From the human T2T-CHM13v2.0 reference genome, Homo sapiens: 64,000 nt of DNA. Numbering within the stretch: position 1 is the first letter of the stretch; each line of letters starts with the position of its first letter. A program made the position numbers and the translations under genes. Of the stretch, positions 1-10,700 are shown piece by piece. Where the stretch lies: the NCBI RefSeq assembly GCF_009914755.1, contig NC_060948.1; one strand, 5' to 3'. The notes under the pieces are model-generated. The model saw only the letters and a program-made list of their open reading frames with translations, did no database searches and was not told the DNA's origin.

Positions 1-1194
1 AAATTATATTGACTGATTTCAGCTTTGGATGAAATCATACTTGTGTATTTGTAGTAATGCGAAGCATAACTTTCTCCTCACAATTAATCTTTTATAACAT
101 CGGTGTTATAGTTTTCTCTGACACCAACATTGTGATATCGCACAGGTTTACTGCATGCATGCATTACATGCCTCCAGAGAGTAGGCTTCAAATATATGGA
201 AAAATTATATTTATGAAAAAATTCTAGGAAAGGGAATGGTGAAATGGAAGAGAATTTCTCACTTGCTAACTGTTGGACATGGATTTGTATATATTTGGAT
301 ATAGACACATACTGGCACACTGTGAGTTTGCCCATGTATATATACACTTATATGAGAAACCCATAATATATGGGTTGTGTAATCTTTTAATTAATCCATA
401 ATTGTATGTGTGTGAAATTAGATAAGCGGTTACCTTTTCTTTACTCAATTTGATGGAAAGCCAAAAAACTCTGTCCACCTTCATTTCAATTAATCCAATA
501 CTGTTAACTGCTGGTAGCTTCATTCTCCTTGTTCTCTTACGGCAACCGGAAAGTTAATTCTCGCTCTAATTTGGCTTTCAAGGTGCGATCAACAAGAGTG
601 TCACCTTGCTGTGGATTGTGACCTCTGACTCCACCTCTGTCTTCCTTTTGCAGTCCTACCTTTGCATAGGTAACAAACTTTGTACATGGTTAAAAGGATA
701 AAAGTTCAGTGAAATGTCAAGCCATGCTGTGAAATGTTCCATAGTTTCTATATCTCTAATTGTCCTTTGATGTTATAGAGGCAAGAAAAATAATTCAATG
801 TTTTTCTTAGTATCTAGTCCAATGCACTCTTTCTTCATAATACTGCAAACAAGGCACTGACATGGAAACGTGGCTGGACGTCTCAAAATCTCTTCTCATT
901 AATTACCATTATGTTAATCACTGTTGCCCACAACTGGAATTGGACTTTGAAATCCCCTGGTGGAAATTGCTATAATGGCTCAAACTACTGGAAAGACTAT
1001 CTTTTTTTTACCTGAAAATATCTGATGAGCATAGACGTATGCTATATACAGGAACATATTGTACATTAACAACATACCATCACTGCCACTCAATAATAGG
1101 TATCCCAAACCTTTGAGCCAAACTGAGCTCGGGTGCTCCCACAAACCAAGCTTTTCCCTCCACAGATTTCTTATGTCAAAAAGCCACAACTCCA

Positions 1195-1500
1195 GGCCAG
1201 GCTTCGTGGCTCTTGTTGTAATTTCTACATTTTGGGAGGCCGAGGTTGGTGGGTCACTTGAGGTCAGGAGTTGGAGACCAGCATGGGCAACATGGCAAAA
1301 AGCTGTCTCTACCAAAAATACAAAAATTAGCCAGACCTAGTGGCACTTTCCTGTGGTCCCAGCTACTTGGGAGGCTGAGGCAGGAGAACCACCTGAACAT
1401 GGGTGGCAGAGATTGTATAGTAAGCCAAGATCAGACTACTGCACTCCAGCCTGGATGACACAGCGAGACCATGACTGAAAAAAGAAAAAAAAAAAATAAA
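1195..1500 (+). mobile_element. Alu SINE (diverged, full length)
   Basis: GGCCAGGC..GTGGCTC...TTTGGGAGGCCGAGG...AAAAATACAAAAATTAGCC...CACTCCAGCCTGG followed by an A tail; CAACTCCA on both sides is a TSD remnant. Confidence 0.93.
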
Positions 1501-1545
1501 GGCAACTCCACTCGTCCACTGGCTTAGGTAAAAAGTACTGGAGTT

Positions 1546-1865
1546 GGCTGGGCTCGGTGGCTCACACCTGTATTCCCAGCACTTTGGATTTTGGGAAGCT
1601 GAGTCGGGCGGGTCACCTGAGATCTGTAGTAGGAGAGCAGCCTGGCCAACATGGTGAAGCCTGGCTTCTACTAAAAATACAAAACATTAGCTGAGCGTGG
1701 TGATGCATGCTTGTAATCCCAGCTACTGCAGAGGCTGAACCTGGGAGGCGGAGGATGTGTTGAGCTGAGATCCTGCCACTGCGCTCCAGCCTGGTCTACA
1801 GAGCGAGAGTACCCTGTGAGAAACAAAGGTGAAGAGAACAAGAAAAAAAAAATGAGAAAAATAAG
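1546..1865 (+). mobile_element. Alu SINE (second, tandem)
   Basis: GGCTGGGCTCGGTGGCTCACACCTGTATTCCCAGCACTTTGG...CTACTAAAAATACAAAA...CTCCAGCCTGG, with a degenerate A-rich tail. Confidence 0.92.
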
Positions 1866-1958
1866 ACCCACTGCAAAAGGTTGCCACAGAAAAGATTAAA
1901 AATTTCAGCGACTTCTATCTTCTGTCATGGAAGCCAAGGTTATTTGGACCAAACCTCC

Positions 1959-2311
1959 TGTCTTAGTTCATTTTCACGCTGCTGAAGAAGACATACCTGA
2001 AACTGGGAATAAAAGGAGGTTTAATTGGACTGACAGTTCCACATGGCTGTGGAGGCCTCAGAATCATGGTATACGAATAAAGGCACTTCTTACATGGCAA
2101 TGCCAAGAGAGAATGAGGAAGAACCTGAGGCAGAAACCCCTGAAAAACCCATCAGATCCCGTGAGACTTCTTCACTGTCACAAGAATAGCATGAGAAAGA
2201 CCGACCCCCATGATTCAATTACCTCCCCCTGGGTCCCACCCGCAACACGAGGGAATTCTGGGAGATACAATTGAAGCTGAGATTTGAATGGAGACACACC
2301 AAACCATGTCA
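1959..2311 (-). mobile_element. Solo THE1-family (ERVL-MaLR) LTR
   Basis: 353 bp with TG...CA termini (tgtcttagt...ccaaaccatgtca). The internal sequence gaggtttaattggactgacagttccacatggctg..gaggcctcagaatcatgg is typical of THE1 LTRs. Near-perfect 5-bp TSD CCTCC/CTTCC. Confidence 0.88.
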
Positions 2312-2819
2312 CTTCCCAAACAATTAAAAATTCCCAATAGAAGAAGCATTAATTATATCAAAAAGTGGTGGACCAAGAAGGAACTATTAGCCTCATATCT
2401 CAAGAAAGACTCCAGTCAAGGCCTAGGGACTACTCATGAAAAGAGTTTAATAGCCGACTCTCTCCCAGTGGATCTGGATTCCACCGGACTGTATCTTCAC
2501 AGTAAGGGTGAAACAGAAGCAAACCCATTCCTATTTCCAAGCTCAAGGAACTTTGGTCAAAGTTCTCTTGGAGCTGAGCAGAACAAGGAGGCAAACAGAA
2601 AAGATTTGTGTCCCTAAGAAGTCATGGCCACAGGCTGGCTATCACACAGATTGTCAAGCCAGTTCCATATTGCATGGGTATTACAGAAAATCTCAAAACA
2701 TAAATTTGTGTGTGGGTTGTCCCAGAGTAGCAGGATCTGGCAGAAGGAAATTTCCTTCTAACCCTCAAAGAATCCACATAAATCTTGTTACATTTGGGAT
2801 TTTACGATTTGCTTCAGGA

Positions 2820-3700
2820 ATGAGAATGGCCTTAATTTTCATATCTTTTTCTACACTCAGTTTATGTCTTGTTGGCGTCAAAGTTCTGCTTGCTTCACAC
2901 AATGAGTTTAGGATTTTCCCTTTTTTATTCTATAGAATTCTTCATATATATTGAAATGCTCTGCCTGGGGAAAAAAATCTGAGCCTAGCGTTTTATCTCT
3001 AGGAAGAATCCTTTATTTCCTTGAACATTTATGAGACTATACAGATTATATATGTCTTCTTGTATCAATTTTACTAAGCTATATACATAGCTTATGTTTA
3101 TATATTATATATATAAATGTAAGATACAAATATAAAAATTATGTATAAATATGAAAATATATATAGAAAGCGATATATATGTCTATATATATAGACAGAT
3201 TATAAATATCTGTCTATTTGACCTAAGTTTTCAAATTTGTAGGTTAAGGTGTTAACGATATTTCCTTATTAGCTTCTTAATCTATGCTGTATCTATGGTT
3301 GTGTACCTTTTAAATTCTTAGTTTTATCTATGTTTTCTCCCTTTTTTTCTAAACTTGACTGACGGTTGCATCACTTATTATATTTCTCCAACAAGCAAAG
3401 GTTAGCTTTGTATGTTTTACTAATTTTGTCTACATCATTATTCCCACACTTTAGTTTTTCAGAATTGATTCTGTTGTTTCTTTTCTAATTCTTTATTGAA
3501 ATATCTAGTACATTAATTTTCAAGTTATTAGAGAAATATTTGTCTGTAAACTCCTATTGTAATATCACTTTTCTTGCTACTCACAGATTTAATCTTTAAT
3601 ATTGGCGGTATCATTGAGTTCTAAGTACATTTCAATTCCTAGTATGATAATCTATGAATTGCTGAGAAATAGTGTTTACAATTTTGTTGTTCTATTTCCA
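2820..3700 (-). mobile_element. Possible old L1 fragment interrupted by TA-rich low-complexity sequence (repeated in each unit)
   Basis: T-rich + strand with L1-antisense-like phrases (gcttcacacaatgagtttagg; cttgactgacggttgcatca..ttattatatttctccaacaagcaa..ttagctttg). Recognised by eye only. Confidence 0.4.
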
Positions 3701-3759
3701 CTTAAGTTTATTTTTACTTCTGCTAACTCAATTGAAAATTCTTTACTAATTTTTAAAAT

Positions 3760-3875
3760 CCTTGAACCCAAGAGATGGAGGTTGCAGTGAGCTGAGATCA
3801 GGCCACTGCATTCCAGACTGAGTGACAGAGTGGAACGAGATTTCAAAACAAAACAAAACAAAACAAAACAAAACA
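3760..3875 (+). mobile_element. Alu right-arm 3' fragment with (CAAAA)n tail (also ~24033-24148 and ~44342-44457)
   Basis: CTTGAACCCAAGAGATGGAGGTTGCAGTGAGCTGAGATCAGGCCACTGCATTCCAGACTGAGTGACAGAG followed by (AAAAC)n. Confidence 0.85.
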
Positions 3876-5429
3876 GTCACTGGAAAGATAATAAAATACA
3901 TAAATGTGGGATGTAATATGTAATCGTGATAAAATAAACTGGATTTTTTGTATAAGTTATACATATAAATGTAATGCCAAGACACTGATAAGACAACTCA
4001 TGGTCTTATCTCAATACTTAGTGTCTTCATGTAACATATGTCCTTTAGGATAGTTATAGTCCGTTTTCTTTCCAGGAGAGACAGATGAGAATGCAGAAAT
4101 GTTAAAGTGCAAGGGACGGAAGCTTCCAGCTGTGCCCACCTGTAACCTGACGTAGACAGTTCCACCGTTTGCTTCATTAATCATGCCAAAGGCTCTAATG
4201 CAAATGTGGTACAGAGTCACATGTTTTTGTATCTACATGATAGAAACTATAACTTCATCCCTATATAGAAGGGTATATAGCATATGCCTCAGTGATAAAT
4301 ATAAGTGAATCATTGATCAGTAGGAAACCATTTTAAAAGTCTTTCATAACAGAACAAAATCCCTGAAAACATTTTCTTCTCAATCTCTGAGTTTTCTTAC
4401 ACGGCTTATGAATCTCTAGCCATACTAAAGAGATAGTATGCTGCTCTTCCCACAAATTATTCATTGTATATAATTCCTGTAATCTAATAACAGTACCTTT
4501 ACACCTCAGGGTTTAAAATGACTCCAACCTTTTTCTGTTTCTCCAATTAAAATAACTTTTTTAAGGTTTAATCTTCAGTAATTTTTTGTAGTAATATTTT
4601 TGAAGGTATTTGACCAGGATGATTTGCTTATATACCTACCTGACGTCTCCCTTTCTTCTGAATACATATTTTATTAACCACCTATTAGATCTAAGTTTAA
4701 GAAGTTGGAATAGGGATTTAAATCTAAATTCTACATTTGAATTTACAGGAGTCAGCGAGTCCGGGAAGTGCCTTTATGCACAGACCAATATCTGGCAATG
4801 GCACTAGGAGACAAATAAGCTTTACCAGTCTCAAAGCCCTGGCTACTACAGTGAATCCACCCTTCTCCTGGATCTTATCTACTTCAGCAAAAGAAGGCCA
4901 CCCACTAAACCAGGCCCTTGTACTTTGGGTGGAAACTCCTAAGTCCTCTAGTCTCCTCAAACAGACAGCCAGGCTGCCAATTTCCACAATAATAATTTCT
5001 ATAGCACTGAGTCTTTGGTAGCCTTGTAACTATAGCTACTGATGCTACAGTCTGGTCCCTGTATGATAAAACACCAGAGCAACAGAAACAAAAATATTGA
5101 CTGAAGCCTTCTAAAATCTCTCTAAATATACCTTCAATAAATATGGTTTTTTTTACAGAACGACTGCTTTCAGCTTCCTGAACTAACGCTTGGCCTTCGC
5201 TAGTTGTCACTGTTGAAATTGATTCAAAAGTGTACATTTAACATGAAAGTCAACACAGAATTTCATGTGTCAGCAACTAAAATTTTCAAAATGTTGCAAA
5301 ATACAAATGTGAAACTGTATTTGTGAAATTTACCATTCATTGAAATTATATTTTCATACCTACCCAGGCACAGAATTTTTTATAACTGTCTGCATGTTCT
5401 CCTCATGTGGGGGAAAAGCAGCATCAGCA

Positions 5430-5533
5430 GGCAGAGGAATCCTTTGAAGCTGGAGGGAGAGGTTGCAGTGATCTGAGAGTTTGCCACTTGACTGCAGCCT
5501 GGATGACACAGTGAGACTCCAACTGAAAAGAAA

Positions 5534-5536
<3 letters not shown>
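5430..5536 (+). mobile_element. Alu 3' fragment whose tail runs into a (CA)n tract
   Basis: GAGGTTGCAGTGATCTGAGA...CTGCAGCCTGGATGACACAGTGAGACTCC. Confidence 0.75.
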
Positions 5537-5570
<34 letters not shown>

Positions 5571-5645
5571 CCAAAATTGATAAGTAAAAAAAAAATCCAT
5601 ATTCGAAAACATGCTCACAGGCTATCTCCCATATCTAACACACAG

Positions 5646-5681
<36 letters not shown>

Positions 5682-5684
5682 ACA
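5537..5684. repeat. Two (CA)n microsatellites, length and purity variable between units (also ~25810-25947 and ~46119-46262)
   Basis: Directly visible. The second tract is interrupted (GA, AA) in unit 1 and pure in units 2 and 3. Confidence 0.95.
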
Positions 5685-6816
5685 ATTCCTTGAAAACGAA
5701 AGTTCCACAAGGGCAAAAGAAGAAAACAAATTTAACACCCCCCAAAGAAAGTACAAAGAGTAACCTCAAAAGAACCGCAGGGGAAAACAATTCAAAATTT
5801 ACAAGTATCTACCCTAAAAGAAGCTGAAAGTCCCTCAAAAACTTTCCAGAGGCCATGTCCTTGTATTACAAAAATGATCATAAAAACTGGCAGGAGTAGA
5901 CGAATAGAAATGCATCTTAAAACTTGCTAAACCCTTCAAGTCTCCCATAAGAATTGTAATGGAAAATGGATCGGTCGGCAGCTTTTTCCATACAATTATG
6001 AACAAATTATATTTCTTCATACATAGATTTGTTTTTTCAATATTCTAAGGAATTAACTTTTATATTAATAGTAGGTGATGTAAGAAAGCAGGCCTTTATC
6101 AAGATAACTGACACTGGATGTCCATACCATTACTCAGGTGGGCCTTAATTCCCAGCCGGGTTCCCTCCCTGGACACACACTGAAGGTCCCCAGCCATTTG
6201 GCAATCTCTTCACATTCCCAGCCCTGGAGGTAGCCCTAAAATACATGTACCTGAAGAAAATAAAACATTGCCTCACACTGGAGCCCAGTGTGGTCCTCCA
6301 GATTCCGTGTGAGGTGGACTAACTTATATGGGAAGGCAGGGCAGCGGGAGTGAGGATGGCAGAGAGGATTACACATGTCAAGGCAGCCGGGGTCATGGAA
6401 ACAAAACATGACTGGCCTGGGAGAAACACTGTGAAAGGACACAGACCTAGGTGGGCCTCAGGTGGACATCCTCGTGGAGAAAAAGGGGGCCCTGGTTGAT
6501 CTCAAAATGAGCCCCAGGTGGTAGCAGGTCTTACCGCAGGGCAGGGAGCTGGCGAGTAATGATGAGACAGCTATCCCTTAAGCCCTGCTTGTCACCCACT
6601 GACTTTAGCCACATATGCATCATAGTGGCTTAAGGTGCCCCGATCCTGAAATGTGGGTGTTACATGTCCCTGATGGGCCTCTCTCCCCCAACCCACGGAT
6701 TGCCTGGGATTGCTCACTGCAGTCTCCTCCCGGATCCTTGGGTTCTCCATGTGGGGCCCAGATCCAGGTCAAAAGGCCTCTCAGTTCCCAGCCCTTCCCA
6801 GCCCTAGGCTGCTCGC

Positions 6817-8990
6817 CTGGCCTCCTCTCTGTTCCGCCTCTAGGGCTGACCCTCTCTCCATGGGATAGAACTGCAATGGATTGAGCCATAGGCCCTGGCT
6901 GATGATCTAGGGGACTGCAGAAGTGGGTCCAGGACAGTTCAGGTGACAGTTCAAAGCCAATTCCCCAGAGACCAAGGAATGACCAGCTAGGTCCTTTCCC
7001 ATGATGCCCCACGGCGAACCCCACCTCAGCAATCCTGCCAAAACCCGGGCAGTCATGTTCAGCCAAACAGCTGAATGAGCTCAGGTAGGAGGTGTACTGC
7101 CTGCAGCTGGAGGCTTGACCTTCGTGATCCCAGAACCGCTGGACTGCAGTGGAATGAGACACCCTGTAGCCTGCAGGGAGAGGAGTCAGGAAGGTTCATG
7201 CCAGTCCCACCCTCCCACACACCAGCTCCCCTACCATGCTGGGAGGCATTCCTTACCGAGGATGCCAACACAGTGCTCCTTCATGATGATTTCACTGTGG
7301 AAATAAAGGTTGGGATGAAAGGAAATCATCCTGCCACCGGTAACCGGGATGGCTGAGTTCCTCCACCTGCCGGATCAAGGAGAAAGAGGATGGATTCAAT
7401 GGGACCATCTCAACTAGCCGGGCTGAGGTGGCCTACTAGCTGTAGTGAACCATGAGTTTCCCCTTCCCAGCTCTCCCACTGAGACAACCCTGGTCCCCAG
7501 GGGGACCTCAAACTGACTCAGACACTGGACTCCTCCCACAGACCCAGGCTCCCCAGCCTGACCTGCAAATCCATCACGTAGCAAAGCAGGACTTCCGCAT
7601 GCTTTCCGACCCACGCCGACATCTCGTGTGCCAAACAATCTACCTCTGCGCAAGAACTCTCCAGAGGATTGGGTGGGCAAGCCTCGTGACGCCTTGCAAT
7701 TTCGCAAGAACACAGACAATGTGGAACAGGGCCATCTCCCAGACATTTGGCCAGTCACCCTTCATTGTTGGCCCTCTATCTCTGTCTGGCGAGGAGGCAA
7801 CGCCACAACTGTGGTGGTTTTTGGAGTGGGTGGACCCCGGCCAAGACGGCCTGGGCTGACCAGAGACGGGAGGCAGAAAAAGTGGGCAGGTGGTTGCAGC
7901 TGAGGGACGGGAGGGGCCGGGGGTGGTGTGAGGCGGCTGCTTCTCTGAGTTTCTGAGATGCAGGAGGCCTTTGTGTGCTGGGTGCTGGACATGCTCCGCT
8001 GATGTCCGGGTGTGTGGTGTCCTCTTATCCTAGTCTCCCTGAGGGGTGGGCCTGTCCACCTGAGGGAAGCCTTGTAGTTAGAAGCCACAGCAGGGTCGTG
8101 CCTGGCGCTCTCCAAGGGAATTGCGTGGGTCCAGAGGAAGTTATACAGGCTCAGGGCCTACACGCCTTTGAGTGCAGCGCCTGCAGTTGGATGAATGCGC
8201 ATCTGCGGAGCTGGTGCCCGCCGTCAGGTGGTCGGCAGCCCCATGCGCCGCGAACCCGTCTTAAGCACCTTGCGTTTCTGGGGTGAGCCTGCTGGAAACA
8301 GGCACCGAGAGCAGGGGTGGTTCAATGGCTGGTAATGGCATACAGATTCCCCGTCCTCCAGGGACGTTCCCAGGGAAACGCGTCCTTCGAATTTGGGCTG
8401 TGCGCAAAGGGACCTTGGCGCCGCGATTCTCCCTTGTCAGTGCTGGCCCTGGCTCCCCTTCCCTACCACGTGCTCCCAGGGCTGCTACAAGCGAGCTGCC
8501 CTCACAGCTGCGGGAACGTGGCCTCGGCTCCCACGCTGTCCCCCATCCCCTGCCTCCTGGCTGACCCCACGTGCCTCCCACCTGGCTCCTCCCCGCAAAC
8601 AGCCCCCATACCCCCCGAGGCCCGATGACTATCCCCTGCTGCCCGCCATCCCAAATCGGCAGCCGCAAGGATATGGCTCTGGCTCACAAGGCGGAGATGC
8701 TCTGTGGCCTGGGGCATTCACGGAGCCCAGCTCCAAGTGAAGGACCTCCAGCGAGTCCATTGACGGCCCCGGTGTGCTCGGTCCAGGGCCAGGCTGTGCC
8801 CGCTGGCCCTCCTTCTGCCACCCCACGTCGGGCTCCACCTCAACCACCACCTCCACCTCAGCCATGATGTCTTCCACCTTCAGCACCGCCTCCTCTTCCA
8901 AGGCCGCCTCCTTGCTCTGTACCCCGGCCGTCCTCTCCAGCATTGCCTCCAGCCTGAACACGGTTTTCTCCTGGGTGCTCCCACAGACCC
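6817..8990 (-). pseudogene. Unprocessed TSPY-family paralogue A (exons 1-5), head-to-head with TSPY; probably overlaps the FAM197Y/CYorf16-type transcription unit
   Basis: Exon1-like ~8990-8675 ([42 protein letters not shown]...LELGSVNA); exon2-like 7639-7563 (EMSAWVGKHAEVLLCYVMDLQ, 77 vs 78 bp); exon3-like 7366-7257 (VEELSHP...FHPNLYFHSEIIMKEH, 110 vs 112 bp); exon4-like 7170-7025 (YRVSHSTAVQ...RIAE, 146 bp); exon5-like 6906-6817 (IISQGLWLNPLQFY). Frameshifts are present, and TGA replaces the FW tryptophan. The FAM197Y assignment is from recall only. Confidence 0.88.
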
Positions 8991-10700
8991 TGGGCCTGCG
9001 CAGCCCAGCCCAGCCCAGCCCATGCCCCGCACCCGTAGGCTCTGGGGGCCCGCTCCCCAGCAGACCCGCTCCCTGCAAGACCCACGGGCGTCGCCCTGCT
9101 GTGAACCTGGTCCCACACCTACGTGGACCCAGGTTTCCTGAGGAGCTCCGCTGGACCCGCAGATCCCGCACTGGCCAAAGGGCTCCGGTCCCCAGCAGGC
9201 TCAACTGCGCACAGGAGCTCGGGAGCCAGAGGCCCCGGCCCTGGGCTTGCAGAGCCCCACCAACAGGCACCGCAACCGCTGCTGCGGGTGCGGGAGCCTC
9301 TGGGTCGTCAAGGCAGCGCACAACAGCGTGCGCGCAGGCCGACAATGGCCAACCCTGGCGGCTGGCCTCTGGTGTGCCCAGGGCATAGGACAAGAGGCCC
9401 TTTGGAATGCTCCTTGGAGTACAGCATCCTCAGGGAGGAAGCATGGTACTCGGAGCCTCTATTTGCCTCGACCTGTGAGAGTGTGTGCCGGGGCTCTGGC
9501 CTCTACAGCAGATCAATTCCACCTCAGCACCGGCAGGCGACTTTCCTCCCACGTGCCCGCCCCGATCACTTCCCCCAGGACACCCCTGCCGCCCTAGCCC
9601 CAGCAACCAGAGAGAGTTCTCTGCATCTGCTGTATTACCTCCGTACCATCTACCTGGCCTGCCTAACGAAGAGAGATGTTTCCTGTGTTCATGACACATA
9701 GAGATGTTCATGGCTTGCCACACTGAGGATGTCAGGGCACAGGGCTGCCATGCCCACAATTCCAAAGGCCACGCAGCCCGCGTGTGCCCGGATGCCTAGC
9801 TACCCGGCACAAGCTCCAAGGGCTTCTCGGAGGAGGCTTGGGCAGGGAAGGCGGGGGGTGGGGGGGCTGGAGATGCAGGCCCGCCAGTGGCTGTGCCGCC
9901 CAGGGAGACGCCCACCGCCCTCCCATTGACTGGCCACGACGGGAGGAAGTCGGCCTGGGTGCGGCCCCCCGGCCCTTCGCGCGCAGTCCCTTAGGGGGCG
10001 CCTGGAAGCCCGGCGCATGCGCCCTGAGGGCTCGCTGACCTACCGGGTGCCAGAGAGGCTGCGGCAGGGTTTCTGTGGCGTGGGTCGGGCAGCACAGGCC
10101 TTGGTGTGTGCGAGTGCCAAGGAGGGCACCGCCTTCAGGATGGAGGCTGTACAGGAGGGGGCGGCCGGGGTGGAGAGTGAGCAGGCGGCTTTGGGGGAGG
10201 AGGCGGTGCTGCTGTTGGATGACATAATGGCGGAGGTGGAGGTGGTGGCGGAGGAGGAGGGCCTCGTGGAGCGGCGGGAGGAGGCCCAGCGGGCACAGCA
10301 GGCTGTGCCTGGCCCTGGGCCCATGACCCCAGAGTCTGCACTGGAGGAGCTGCTGGCCGTTCAGGTGGAGCTGGAGCCGGTTAATGCCCAAGCCAGGAAG
10401 GCCTTTTCTCGGCAGCGGGAAAAGATGGAGCGGAGGCGCAAGCCCCACCTAGACCGCAGAGGCGCCGTCATCCAGAGCGTCCCTGGCTTCTGGGCCAATG
10501 TTGTATCCTTCTCAGTGTTTCTTCGGCCTTTCTAGTGGAGAGGTGCTCTCGGGGAAGTGTAAGTGACCGATGGGCAGCTCGGCGTCGATGTGACTCTTTG
10601 GGGAACAAAGGGGAGTTGCCACGGACCAATGTGGCTGTGGAAAGCCGGAGCAGGCGTGGGTACTATTGTCCTGCATGCGGCAGAGAAACCCTTGGTGATG
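8200..10700. promoter_or_regulatory. GC/CpG-rich island spanning paralogue A exon 1, the shared spacer and TSPY promoter/exon 1 (also ~28460-30980 and ~48780-51280)
   Basis: Visibly high GC and CpG density against AT-rich flanks, with no obvious TATA box upstream of ATG 10017. Boundaries are approximate. Confidence 0.7.

Noticed and set aside
715-765. Minus-strand HFTAWLD resembling the tyrosine-phosphatase WPD loop (HFTAWPD)
   Set aside because: Only a 7-residue resemblance, with no HCSAG motif nearby; likely chance.
1927-2954. ORFs of 109-148 aa repeated in every unit
   Set aside because: They overlap the THE1 LTR and its flank; recurrence only reflects the tandem duplication.
6620-7162. 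180-aa minus-strand ORF as an independent gene
   Set aside because: It starts at GTG within the exon4-like block of paralogue A and runs through introns; it is a pseudogene fragment.
9732-10448. 238-aa antisense ORF, and other long Pro/Gly/Ala-rich ORFs in 7400-10450
   Set aside because: Shadow frames of GC-rich exon 1 and the CpG island, with no recognisable domain.
10017-10535. 172-aa single-exon ORF as the complete TSPY product
   Set aside because: It is exon 1 reading into intron 1 ([10 protein letters not shown]); the spliced six-exon model gives a full NAP-domain protein.
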